A DNA stretch of 64,000 nucleotides, taken from positions 18,134,259-18,198,258 of the forward strand of contig OZ037767.1 in NCBI GenBank assembly GCA_964035545.1, in the 5' to 3' direction. The DNA is from Bugula neritina. Its lineage: Eukaryota > Animalia > Bryozoa. The position numbers were made by a program, and so were the translations under genes. Positions 1 through 17,000 of this stretch are shown in pieces. Position 1 is the stretch's first letter. Every line of letters starts with the position of its first letter. A model generated the notes under the pieces. That model was given only the letters and a program-made list of their open reading frames with translations, had not been told where the DNA came from and did not search any database.

Positions 1-3000
1 CTGTAATATACTGAATTACACTGCAACGTACTGCAACATACTGAAATACGCTGTAACATATTGAAATACACTGCAACACATTGAAATATACTGTAACTCA
101 CTGAAATATAGCGTAATCAACGGAAATGTACTGTAACATACCGAAACATACTGAAACATACTGAAACATACTAAAATATACTGGAGCATACCGAAACGTA
201 CTGCAACATACTGAAATATACTGCGAGATACTGCAACATACTGAAATACACTGTAACATACTGAAATACACTGCAACATACTGAAACATACCGAAACATA
301 CTAAAATATACTGGAACATACCGGAACATACTGCAACATAATGAAATATACTGTACCAAACTGAAATATATGGCAAAATACTGGAATATACTGTAACACA
401 CTGAAATATACTGCAACATATTGAAATACACTGTAACATAATGAAATATACTGCAACATACTGCAACATACTGCAACATACTGAAATACACTGTAACATA
501 CTGAAATACACTGCAACATACTACAACATATTGAAATACACTGCAACACATTGAAATATACTGCAACATACCTAAATATATGGTAATATACTGAAATATA
601 CTGTAACATACTGAAATATACTGCAACATACTGAAATAAACTGTAACATACTGAAATACACTGCAAAATACTGAAATACACTGCCACATACTGAAATATA
701 CTGCAAGATACTGCAACATACTGAAATACAGTGTAGCATACTGAAATACACTGCAACATGCTGCATTATACTGACATACACTGGAACGTATTGAAATACA
801 TTGCAACACATTGAAATATACTGTAACTCACTGAAATAAAGTGTAATCAACGGAAATGTACTGTAACATACTGAAACATACTGAAACATACTAAAATATA
901 CTGGAGCATACCGAAACGTACTGCAACATACTGAAATATACTGCGAGATACTGCAACATACTGAAATACACTGTAACATACTGAAATACACTGCAACATA
1001 CTGCAACATACTGTAACATACTGAATTACAGTGTAACATATTGAAACACACTGCAATACATTGAAATATACTGCAACACACTGAAACATACTGCAATATA
1101 CTGAAATATACTGCAACATATGGAACTGTATCGTAATATACGGACATGCACTGTAACATACTGAAACATACCGAAACATACTGAAATATACTGGAACATA
1201 CCGGAACATACTGCAACATAATGAAATATACTGTACCAAACTGAAATATACGGCAAAATACTGGAATATACTGTAACACACTGAAATATACTGCAACATA
1301 TTGAAATACACTGTAACATAATGAAATATACTGCAACATACTGCAACATACTGCAACATACTGAAATACACTGTAACATACTGAAATACACTGCAACATA
1401 CTACAACGTATTGAAATACACTGCAACACATTGAAATATACTGCTACATACCTAAATATATGGTAATATACTGAAATATACTGTAACATACTGAAATATA
1501 CTGCAAGATACTGCAACATACTGAAATGCACTTTAACATACTGAAATACACTGCAACATACTGACTTATACTGACATACACTGGAACATATTGAAATACA
1601 CTGCAACAAATTGAAGTATGCTGCAACACACTGAAGCATACGGCAACATGCTGAAACATACAGCGACACATTGAAATATACTGCAACATACTGCAATATA
1701 CGGAAATATAATGCAAGATACTGCATCATACCGAAATACACTGTGACATACTGAGATACACTGCAACATACTGCAAAATACTGAAATACACTGTAACTTA
1801 TTGAAATACACTGCAACACATTGAAATATACTGCAACACACCGAAACATACGGCAACATACTGAAATATGATGTAGCATACTGAAATACACTGCAACACA
1901 CTGAAGTATACTGTAATATACACAAATGTACTGTTACAAACTGAAACATACATCAACATACTGAAATGTACTGCACCATACTGAAATACACTGTAATATA
2001 CTGAATTACACTGCAACATACTGCAACATACTGAAAAACGCTGTAACATATTGAAATACACTGCAACACATTGAAATATACTGTAACTCACTGAAATATA
2101 GCGTAATCAACGGAAATGTACTGTAACATACTGAACCATACTGAAACATACTGAAACATACTAAAATATACTGGAGCATACCGAAACGTACTGCAACATA
2201 CTGAAATATACTGCGAGATACTGCAACATACTGAAATACACTGTAACATACTGAAATACACTGCAACATACTGAAACATACCGAAACATACTAAAATATA
2301 CTGGAACATACCGGAACATACTGCAACATAATGAAATATACTGTACCAAACTGAAATATACGGCAAAATACTGGAATATACTGTAACACACTGAAATATA
2401 CTGCAACATATTGAAATACACTGTAACATAATGAAATATACTGCAACTTACTGCAACATACTGCAACATACTGAAATACACTGTAACATACTGAACTACA
2501 CTGCAACATACTACAACATATTGAAATACACTGCAACACATTGAAATATACTGCAACATACCTAAATATATGGTAATATACTGAAATATACTGTAACATA
2601 CTGAAATATACTGCAAGATACTGCAACATACTGAAATGCACTTTAACATACTGAAACACACTGCAACATACTGACTTATACTGACATACACTGGAACATA
2701 TTGAAATACACTGCAACAAATTGAAGTATGCTGCAACACACTGAAACATACTGCAACATGCTGAAACATACAGCGACACATTGAAAAATACTGCAACATA
2801 CTGCAATATACTGAAATATAATGCAAGATACTGCAACATACTGAAATACACTGTGACATACTGAGATACACTGCAACATACCGCAACATACTGAAATACA
2901 CTGTAACTTATTGAAATACACTGCAACACATTGAAATATACTGCAACACACCGAAACATACGGCAACATACTGAAATGTACTGCACCATACTGAAATACA

Positions 3001-6000
3001 CTGTAATATACTGAATTACACTGCAACATACTGCAACATACTGAAATACGCTGTAACATATTGAAATACACTGCAACACATTGAAATATACTGTAACTCA
3101 CTGAAATATAGTGTAATCAACGGAAATGTACTGTAACATACTGAAACATACTGAACCATACTGAAACGTACTAAAATATACTGGAGCATACCGAAACGTA
3201 CTGCAACATACTGAAATATACTGCGAGATACTGCAACATACTGAAATACACTGTAACATACTGAAATACACTGCAACATACTGCAACATACTGTAACATA
3301 CTGAATTACAGTGTAACATATTGAAACACACTGCAATACATTGAAATATACTGCAACACACTGAAACATACTGCAATATACTGAAATATACTGCAACATA
3401 TGGAACTGTATCGTAATATATGGACATGTACTGTAACATACTGAAACATACCGAAACATACTGAAATATACTGGAACATACCGGAACATACTGCAACATA
3501 ATGAAATATACTGTACCAAACTTAAATATACGGCAAAATACTGGAATATACTGTAACACACTGAAATATACTGCAACATATTGAAATACACTGTAACATA
3601 ATGAAATATACTGCAACATACTGCAACATACTGCAACATACTGAAATACACTGTAACATACTGAAATACACTGCAACATACTACAACATATTGAAATACA
3701 CTGCAACACATTGAAATATACTGCAACATACCTAAATATATGGTAATATACTGAAATATACTGTAACATACTGAAATATACTGCAAGATACTGCAAGATA
3801 CTGCAACATACTGAAATGCACTTTAACATACTGAAATACACTGCAACATACTGACTTATACTGACATACACTGGAACATATTGGAATACACTGCAACAAA
3901 TTGAAGTATGCTGCAACACACTGAAACATACGGCAACATGCTGAAACATACAGCGACACATTGAAATATACTGCAACATACTGCAATATACGGAAATATA
4001 ATGCAAGATACTGCATCATACCGAAATACACTGTGACATACTGAGATACACTGCAACATACTGCAAAATACTGAAATACACTGTAACTTATTGAAATACA
4101 CTGCAACACATTGAAATATACTGCAACACACCGAAACATACGGCAACATACTGAAATATGATGTAGCATACTGAAATACACTGCAACACACTGAAGTATA
4201 CTGTAATATACACAAATGTACTGTTACAAACTGAAACATACGTCAACATACTGAAATGTACTGCACCATACTGAAATACACTGTAATATACTGAATTACA
4301 CTGCAACGTACTGCAACATACTGAAATACGCTGTAACATATTGAAATACACTGCAACACATTGAAATATACTGTAACTCACTGAAATATAGCGTAATCAA
4401 CGGAAATGTACTGTAACATACCGAAACATACTGAAACATACTGAAACATACTAAAATATACTGGAGCATACCGAAACGTACTGCAACATACTGAAATATA
4501 CTGCGAGATACTGCAACATACTGAAATACACTGTAACATACTGAAATACACTGCAACATACTGAAACATACCGAAACATACTAAAATATACTGGAACATA
4601 CCGGAACATACTGCAACATAATGAAATATACTGTACCAAACTGAAATATATGGCAAAATACTGGAATATACTGTAACACACTGAAATATACTGCAACATA
4701 TTGAAATACACTGTAACATAATGAAATATACTGCAACATACTGCAACATACTGCAACATACTGAAATACACTGTAACATACTGAAATACACTGCAACATA
4801 CTACAACATATTGAAATACACTGCAACACATTGAAATATACTGCAACATACCTAAATATATGGTAATATACTGAAATATACTGTAACATACTGAAATATA
4901 CTGCAACATACTGAAATAAACTGTAACATACTGAAATACACTGCAAAATACTGAAATACACTGCCACATACTGAAATATACTGCAAGATACTGCAACATA
5001 CTGAAATACAGTGTAGCATACTGAAATACACTGCAACATGCTGCATTATACTGACATACACTGGAACGTATTGAAATACATTGCAACACATTGAAATATA
5101 CTGTAACTCACTGAAATAAAGTGTAATCAACGGAAATGTACTGTAACATACTGAAACATACTGAAACATACTAAAATATACTGGAGCATACCGAAACGTA
5201 CTGCAACATACTGAAATATACTGCGAGATACTGCAACATACTGAAATACACTGTAACATACTGAAATACACTGCAACATACTGCAACATACTGTAACATA
5301 CTGAATTACAGTGTAACATATTGAAACACACTGCAATACATTGAAATATACTGCAACACACTGAAACATACTGCAATATACTGAAATATACTGCAACATA
5401 TGGAACTGTATCGTAATATACGGACATGCACTGTAACATACTGAAACATACCGAAACATACTGAAATATACTGGAACATACCGGAACATACTGCAACATA
5501 ATGAAATATACTGTACCAAACTGAAATATACGGCAAAATACTGGAATATACTGTAACACACTGAAATATACTGCAACATATTGAAATACACTGTAACATA
5601 ATAAAATATACTGCAACATACTGCAACATACTGCAACATACTGAAATACACTGTAACATACTGAAATACACTGCAACATACTACAACGTATTGAAATACA
5701 CTGCAACACATTGAAATATACTGCAACATACCTAAATATATGGTAATATACTGAAATATACTGTAACATACTGAAATATACTGCAAGATACTGCAACATA
5801 CTGAAATGCACTTTAACATACTGAAATACACTGCAACATACTGACTTATACTGACATACACTGGAACATATTGAAATACACTGCAACAAATTGAAGTATG
5901 CTGCAACACACTGAAGCATACGGCAACATGCTGAAACATACAGCGACACATTGAAATATACTGCAACATACTGCAATATACGGAAATATAATGCAAGATA

Positions 6001-8060
6001 CTGCATCATACCGAAATACACTGTGACATACTGAGATACACTGCAACATACTGCAAAATACTGAAATACACTGTAACTTATTGAAATACACTGCAACACA
6101 TTGAAATATACTGCAACACACCGAAACATACGGCAACATACTGAAATATGATGTAGCATACTGAAATACACTGCAACACACTGAAGTATACTGTAATATA
6201 CACAAATGTACTGTTACAAACTGAAACATACGTCAACATACTGAAATGTACTGCACCATACTGAAATACACTGTAATATACTGAATTACACTGCAACATA
6301 CTGCAACATACTGAAATACGCTGTAACATATTGAAATACACTGCAACACATTGAAATATACTGTAACTCACTGAAATATAGCGTAATCAACGGAAATGTA
6401 CTGTAACATACTGAACCATACTGAAACATACTGAAACATACTAAAATATACTGGAGCATACCGAAACGTACTGCAACATACTGAAATATACTGCGAGATA
6501 CTGCAACATACTGAAATACACTGTAACATACTGAAATACACTGCAACATACTGAAACATACCGAAACATACTAAAATATACTGGAACATACCGGAACATA
6601 CTGCAACATAATGAAATATACTGTACCAAACTGAAATATACGGCAAAATACTGGAATATACTGTAACACACTGAAATATACTGCAACATATTGAAATACA
6701 CTGTAACATAATGAAATATACTGCAACATACTGCAACATACTGCAACATACTGAAATACACTGTAACATACTGAACTACACTGCAACATACTACAACATA
6801 TTGAAATACACTGCAACACATTGAAATATACTGCAACATACCTAAATATATGGTAATATACTGAAATATACTGTAACATACTGAAATATACTGCAAGATA
6901 CTGCAACATACTGAAATGCACTTTAACATACTGAAATACACTGCAACATACTGACTTATACTGACATACACTGGAACATATTGAAATACACTGCAACAAA
7001 TTGAAGTATGCTGCAACACACTGAAACATACTGCAACATGCTGAAACATACAGCGACACATTGAAAAATACTGCAACATACTGCAATATACTGAAATATA
7101 ATGCAAGATACTGCAACATACTGAAATACACTGTGACATACTGAGATACACTGCAACATACCGCAACATACTGAAATACACTGTAACTTATTGAAATACA
7201 CTGCAACACATTGAAATATACTGCAACACACCGAAACATACGGCAACATACTGAAATGTACTGCACCATACTGAAATACACTGTAATATACTGAATTACA
7301 CTGCAACATACTGCAACATACTGAAATACGCTGTAACATATTGAAATACACTGCAACACATTGAAATATACTGTAACTCACTGAAATATAGTGTAATCAA
7401 CGGAAATGTACTGTAACATACTGAAACATACTGAACCATACTGAAACATACTAAAATATACTGGAGCATACCGAAACGTACTGCAACATACTGAAATATA
7501 CTGCGAGATACTGCAACATACTGAAATACACTGTAACATACTGAAATACACTGCAACATACTGCAACATACTGTAACATACTGAATTACAGTGTAACATA
7601 TTGAAACACACTGCAATACATTGAAATATACTGCAACACACTGAAACATACTGCAACATACTGAAATATACTGCAACATATCGAACTGTATCGTAATATA
7701 CGGACATGTACTGTAACATACTGAAACATGCCGAAACATACTAAAATATACTGGAACATACCGGAACATACTGCAACATAATGAAATATACTGTACCAAA
7801 CTGAAATATACGGCAAAATACTGGAATATACTGTAACACACTGAAATATACTGCAACATATTGAAATACACTGTAACATAATGAAATATACTGCAACATA
7901 CTGCAACATACTGCAACATACTGAAATACACTGTAACATACTGAAATACACTGCAACATACTACAACATATTGAAATACACTGCAACACATTGAAATTTA
8001 CTGCAACATACCTAAATATATGGTAATATACTGAAATATACTGTAACATACTGAAATATA
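1..8060 (+). repeat. Tandem higher-order duplication, period 4,280 bp (1-3,780 matches 4,281-8,060)
   Basis: ORF pairs 16/4296, 572/4852, 2006/6286 and 2291/6571 are all offset by 4,280 with near-identical translations. The copies diverge at 3,781 vs 8,061. Confidence 0.92.
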
Positions 8061-11000
8061 CTGCAACATACTGAAATAAACTGTAACATACTGAAATACA
8101 CTGCAAAATACTGAAATACACTGCCACATACTGAAATATACTGCAAGATACTGCAACATACTGAAATACAGTGTAGCATACTGAAATACACTGCAACATG
8201 CTGCATTATACTGACATACACTGGAACGTATTGAAATACAATGCAACACATTGAAATATACTGTAACTCACTGAAATAAAGTGTAATCAACGGAAATGTA
8301 CTGTAACATACTGAAACATACTGAAACATACTAAAATATACTGGAGCATACCGAAACGTACTGCAAAATACTGAAATATACTGCGAGATACTGCAACATA
8401 CTGAAATACACTGTAACATACTGAAATACACTGCAACATACTGCAACATACTGTAACATACTGAATTACAGTGTAACATATTGAAACACACTGCAATACA
8501 TTGAAATATACTGCAACACACTGAAACATACTGCAATATACTGAAATATACTGCAACATATGGAACTGTATCGTAATATACGGACATGTACTGTAACATA
8601 CTGAAACATACCGAAACATACTGAAATATACTGGAACATACCGGAACATACTGCAACATAATGAAATATACTGTACCAAACTGAAATATACGGCAAAATA
8701 CTGGAATATACTGTAACACACTGAAATATACTGCAACATATTGAAATACACTGTAACATAATGAAATATACTGCAACATACTGCAACATACTGCAACATA
8801 CTGAAATACACTGTAACATACTGAAATACACTGCAACATACTACAACGTATTGAAATACACTGCAACACATTGAAATATACTGCAACATACTTAAATATA
8901 TGGTAATATACTGAAATATACTGTAACATACTGAAATATACAGCAAGATACTGCAACATACTGAAATGCACTTTAACATACTGAAATACACTGCAACATA
9001 CTGACTTATACTGACATACACTGGAACATATTGAAATACACTGCAACACATTGAAATATACTGCAACACACCGAAACATACGGCAACATACTGAAATGTA
9101 CTGCACCATACTGAAATACACTGTAATATACTGAATTACACTGCAACATACTGCAACATACTGAAATACGCTGTAACATATTGAAATACACTGCAACACA
9201 TTGAAATATACTGTAACTCACTGAAATATAGTGTAATCAACGGAAATGTACTGTAACATACTGAAACATACTGAACCATACTGAAACATACTAAAATATA
9301 CTGGAGCATACCGAAACGTACTGCAACATACTGAAATATACTGCGAGATACTGCAACATACTGAAATACACTGTAACATACTGAAATACACTGCAACATA
9401 CTGCAACATACTGTAACATACTGAATTACAGTGTAACATATTGAAACACACTGCAATACATTGAAATATACTGCAACACACTGAAACATACTGCAACATA
9501 CTGAAATATACTGCAACATATCGAACTGTATCGTAATATACGGACATGTACTGTAACATACTGAAACATGCCGAAACATACTAAAATATACTGGAACATA
9601 CCGGAACATACTGCAACATAATGAAATATATTGTACCAAACTGAAATATACGGCAAAATACTGAAATATACTTCAACACACTGAAATATACTGCAACATA
9701 CTGCAACACACGGAAGTTTGCTGTAACATGTTAAAATGCACGGCAACATACTGAAATACACTGCAACAAACCTAAATATATGGGAATATACTGAAATATA
9801 CTGTACTACGTTGAAAAACACTGCAACATATTGAAATATGCTGTAGCGCAATGGAATACACTGCAACTCACTGAAATATAGTGTAATATGCCGAAATGTA
9901 CTGTAACATACTGGAATATACTGTAACACACTGAAATATACTGCAACATATTTAAATACACTGTAACATAATGAAATATACTGCAACATACTGCAACATA
10001 CTGCAACATACTGAAATACACTGTAACATACTGAAATACACTGCAACATACTACAACATATTGAAATACACTGCAACACATTGAAATATACTGCAACATA
10101 CCTAAATATATGGTAATATACTGAAATATACTGTAACATACTGAAATATACTGCAAGATACTGCAACATACTGAAATGCACTTTAACATACTGAAATACA
10201 CTGCAACATACTGACTTATACTTACATACACTGGAACATATTGAAATACACTGCAACAAATTGAAGTATGCTGCAACACACTGAAACATACGGCAACATG
10301 CTGAAACATACAGCGACACATTGAAATATACTGCAACATACTGCAATATACGGAAATATAATGCAAGATACTGCATCATACCGAAATACACTGTGACATA
10401 CTGAGATACACTGCAACATACTGCAAAATACTGAAATACACTGTAACTTATTGAAATACACTGCAACACATTGAAATATACTGCAACACCCCGAAACATA
10501 CGGCAACATACTGAAATATGATGTAGCATACTGAAATACACTGCAACACACTGAAGTATACTGTAATATACACAAATGTACTGTTACAAACTGAAACATA
10601 CGTCAACATACTGAAATGTACTGCACCATACTGAAATACACTGTAATATACTGAATTACACTGCAACATACTGCAACATACTGAAATACGCTGTAACATA
10701 TTGAAATACACTGCAACACATTGAAATATACTGTAACTCACTGAAATATAGCGTAATCAACGGAAATGTACTGTAACATACTGAAACATACTGAAACATA
10801 CTGAAACATACTAAAATATACTGGAGCATACCGAAACGTACTGCAACATACTGAAATATACTGCGAGATACTGCAACATACTGAAATACACTGTAACATA
10901 CTGAACTACACTGCAACATACTGAAACATACCGAAACATACTAAAATATACTGGAACATACCGGAACAAACTGCAACATAATGAAATATACTGTACCAAA

Positions 11001-14000
11001 CTGAAATATACGGCAAAATACTGGAATATACTGTAACACACTGAAATATACTGCAACATATTGAAATACACTGTAACATAATGAAATATACTGCAACATA
11101 CTGCAACATACTGCAACATACTGAAATACACTGTAACATACTGAAATACACTGCAACATACTACAACATATTGAAATACACTGCAACACATTGAAATATA
11201 CTGCAACATACCTAAATATATGGTAATATACTGAAATATACTGTAACATACTGAAATATACTGCAAGATACTGCAACATACTGAAATGCACTTTAACATA
11301 CTGAAATACACTGCAACATACTGACTTATACTGACATACACTGGAACATATTGAAATACACTGCAACAAATTGAAGTATGCTGCAACACACTGAAACATA
11401 CTGCAACATGCTGAAACATACAGCGACACATTGAAAAATACTGCAACATACTGCAATATACTGAAATATAATGCAAGATACTGCAACATACTGAAATACA
11501 CTGTGACATACTGAGATACACTGCAACATACCGCAACATACTGAAATACACTGTAACTTATTGAAATACACTGCAACACATTGAAATATACTGCAACACA
11601 CCGAAACATACGGCAACATACTGAAATGTACTGCACCATACTGAAATACACTGTAATATACTGAATTACACTGCAACATACTGCAACATACTGAAATACG
11701 CTGTAACATATTGAAATACACTGCAACACATTGAAATATACTGTAACTCACTGAAATATAGTGTAATCAACGGAAATGTACTGTAACATACTGAAACATA
11801 CTGAACCATACTGAAACATACTAAAATATACTGGAGCATACCGAAAGGTACTGCAACATACTGAAATATACTGCGAGATACTGCAACATACTGAAATACA
11901 CTGTAACATACTGAAATACACTGCAACATACTGCAACATACTGTAACATACTGAATTACAGTGTAACATATTGAAACACACTGCAATACATTGAAATATA
12001 CTGCAACACACTGAAACATACTGCAACATACTGAAATATACTGCAACATATCGAACTGTATCGTAATATACGGACATGTACTGTAACATACTGAAACATG
12101 CCGAAACATACTAAAATATACTGGAACATACCGGAACATACTGCAACATAATGAAATATATTGTACCAAACTGAAATATACGGCAAAATACTGAAATATA
12201 CTTCAACACACTGAAATATACTGCAACATACTGCAACACACGGAAGTTTGCTGTAACATGTTAAAATGCACGGCAACATACTGAAATACACTGCAACAAA
12301 CCTAAATATATGGGAATATACTGAAATATACTGTACTACGTTGAAAAACACTGCAACATATTGAAATATGCTGTAGCACAATGAAATACACTGCAACTCA
12401 CTGAAATATAGTGTAATATGCTGAAATGTACTGTAACATACTGGAATATACTGTAACACACTGAAATATACTGCAACATACTGAAATACACTGTAACATT
12501 TTAAAATATACTGTGACACACTGAAATATACTGCAACATACTGAAATAAACTGTAACATACTGAAATACACTGCAAAATACTGGAATACACTGCTACATA
12601 CTGAAATATACTGCAAGATACTGCAACATACTGAAATACAGTGTAGCATACTGAAATACACTGCAACATGCTGCATTATACTGACATACACTGAAACGTA
12701 TTGAAATACATTGCAACACATTGAAATATACTGTAACTCACTGAAATAAAGTGTAATCAACGGAAATGTACTGTAACATACTGAAACATACTGAAACATA
12801 CTAAAATATACTGGAGCATACCGAAACGTACTGCAACATACTGAAATATACTGCGAGATACTGCAACATACTGAAATACACTGTAACATACTGAAATACA
12901 CTGCAACATACTGCAACATACTGTAACATACTGAATTACAGTGTAACATATTGAAACACACTGCAACACATTGAAATATACTGCAACACACTGAAACATA
13001 CTGCAATATACTGAAATACATTGTAAAGTACTGAAATATACTGCGAGATACTGCAACATACTGAAATACACTGTAACATACTGAAATACACTGCAACATA
13101 CTGAAACATACCGAAACATACTAAAATATACTGGAACATACCGGAACATACTGCAACATAATGAAATATACTGTACCAAACTGAAATATACGGCAAAATA
13201 CTGGAATATACTGTAACACACTGAAATATACTGCAACATATTGAAATACACTGTAACATAATGAAATATACTGCAACATACTGCAACATACTGCAACATA
13301 CTGAAATACACTGTAACATACTGAACTACACTGCAACATACTACAACATATTGAAATACACTGCAACACATTGAAATATACTGCAACATACCTAAATATA
13401 TGGTAATATACTGAAATATACTGTAACATACTGAAATATACTGCAAGATACTGCAACATACTGAAATGCACTTTAACATACTGAAATACACTGCAACATA
13501 CTGACTTATACTGACATACACTGGAACATATTGAAATACACTGCAACAAATTGAAGTATGCTGCAACACACTGAAACATACTGCAACATGCTGAAACATA
13601 CAGCGACACATTGAAAAATACTGCAACATACTGCAATATACTGAAATATAATGCAAGATACTGCAACATACTGAAATACACTGTGACATACTGAGATACA
13701 CTGCAACATACCGCAACATACTGAAATACACTGTAACTTATTGAAATATACTGCAACACACCGAAACATACGGCAACATACTGAAATGTACTGCACCATA
13801 CTGAAATACACTGTAATATACTGAATTACACTGCAACATACTGCAACATACTGAAATACGCTGTAACATATTGAAATACACTGCAACACATTGAAATATA
13901 CTGTAACTCACTGAAATATAGTGTAATCAACGGAAATGTACTGTAACATACTGAAACATACTGAACCATACTGAAACATACTAAAATATACTGGAGCATA

Positions 14001-17000
14001 CCGAAACGTACTGCAACATACTGAAATATACTGCGAGATACTGCAACATACTGAAATACACTGTAACATACTGAAATACACTGCAACATACTGCAACATA
14101 CTGTAACATACTGAATTACAGTGTAACATATTGAAACACACTGCAATACATTGAAATATACTGCAACACACTGAAACATACTGCAACATACTGAAATATA
14201 CTGCAACATATCGAACTGTATCGTAATATACGGACATGTACTGTAACATACTGAAACATGCCGAAACATACTAAAATATACTGGAACATACCGGAACATA
14301 CTGCAACATAATGAAATATACTGTACCAAACTGAAATATACGGCAAAATACTGGAATATACTGTAACACACTGAAATATACTGCAACATATTGAAATACA
14401 CTGTAACATAATGAAATATACTGCAACATACTGCAACATACTGAAATACACTGTAACATACTGAAATACACTGCAACATACTACAACATATTGAAATACA
14501 CTGCAACACATTGAAATATACTGCAACATACCTAAATATATGGTAATATACTGAAATATACTGTAACATACTGAAATATACTGCAACATACTGAAATAAA
14601 CTGTAACATACTGAAATACACTGCAAAATACTGAAATACACTGCCACATACTGAAATATACTGCAAGATACTGCAACATACTGAAATACAGTGTAGCATA
14701 CTGAAATACACTGCAACATGCTGCATTATACTGACATACACTGGAACGTATTGAAATACAATGCAACACATTGAAATATACTGTAACTCACTGAAATAAA
14801 GTGTAATCAACGGAAATGTACTGTAACATACTGAAACATACTGAAACATACTAAAATATACTGGAGCATACCGAAACGTACTGCAAAATACTGAAATATA
14901 CTGCGAGATACTGCAACATACTGAAATACACTGTAACATACTGAAATACACTGCAACATACTGCAACATACTGTAACATACTGAATTACAGTGTAACATA
15001 TTGAAACACACTGCAATACATTGAAATATACTGCAACACACTGAAACATACTGCAATATACTGAAATATACTGCAACATATGGAACTGTATCGTAATATA
15101 CGGACATGTACTGTAACATACTGAAACATACCGAAACATACTGAAATATACTGGAACATACCGGAACATACTGCAACATAATGAAATATACTGTACCAAA
15201 CTGAAATATACGGCAAAATACTGGAATATACTGTAACACACTGAAATATACTGCAACATATTGAAATACACTGTAACATAATGAAATATACTGCAACATA
15301 CTGCAACATACTGCAACATACTGAAATACACTGTAACATACTGAAATACACTGCAACATACTACAACGTATTGAAATACACTGCAACACATTGAAATATA
15401 CTGCAACATACCTAAATATATGGTAATATACTGAAATATACTGTAACATACTGAAATATACAGCAAGATACTGCAACATACTGAAATGCACTTTAACATA
15501 CTGAAATACACTGCAACATACTGACTTATACTGACATACACTGGAACATATTGAAATACACTGCAACACATTGAAATATACTGCAACACACCGAAACATA
15601 CGGCAACATACTGAAATGTACTGCACCATACTGAAATACACTGTAATATACTGAATTACACTGCAACATACTGCAACATACTGAAATACGCTGTAACATA
15701 TTGAAATACACTGCAACACATTGAAATATACTGTAACTCACTGAAATATAGTGTAATCAACGGAAATGTACTGTAACATACTGAAACATACTGAACCATA
15801 CTGAAACATACTAAAATATACTGGAGCATACCGAAACGTACTGCAACATACTGAAATATACTGCGAGATACTGCAACATACTGAAATACACTGTAACATA
15901 CTGAAATACACTGCAACATACTGCAACATACTGTAACATACTGAATTACAGTGTAACATATTGAAACACACTGCAATACATTGAAATATACTGCAACACA
16001 CTGAAACATACTGCAACATACTGAAATATACTGCAACATATCGAACTGTATCGTAATATACGGACATGTACTGTAACATACTGAAACATGCCGAAACATA
16101 CTAAAATATACTGGAACATACCGGAACATACTGCAACATAATGAAATATATTGTACCAAACTGAAATATACGGCAAAATACTGAAATATACTTCAACACA
16201 CTGAAATATACTGCAACATACTGCAACACACGGAAGTTTGCTGTAACATGTTAAAATGCACGGCAACATACTGAAATACACTGCAACAAACCTAAATATA
16301 TGGGAATATACTGAAATATACTGTACTACGTTGAAAAACACTGCAACATATTGAAATATGCTGTAGCGCAATGGAATACACTGCAACTCACTGAAATATA
16401 GTGTAATATGCCGAAATGTACTGTAACATACTGGAATATACTGTAACACACTGAAATATACTGCAACATATTTAAATACACTGTAACATAATGAAATATA
16501 CTGCAACATACTGCAACATACTGCAACATACTGAAATACACTGTAACATACTGAAATACACTGCAACATACTACAACATATTGAAATACACTGCAACACA
16601 TTGAAATATACTGCAACATACCTAAATATATGGTAATATACTGAAATATACTGTAACATACTGAAATATACTGCAAGATACTGCAACATACTGAAATGCA
16701 CTTTAACATACTGAAATACACTGCAACATACTGACTTATACTTACATACACTGGAACATATTGAAATACACTGCAACAAATTGAAGTATGCTGCAACACA
16801 CTGAAACATACGGCAACATGCTGAAACATACAGCGACACATTGAAATATACTGCAACATACTGCAATATACGGAAATATAATGCAAGATACTGCATCATA
16901 CCGAAATACACTGTGACATACTGAGATACACTGCAACATACTGCAAAATACTGAAATACACTGTAACTTATTGAAATACACTGCAACACATTGAAATATA

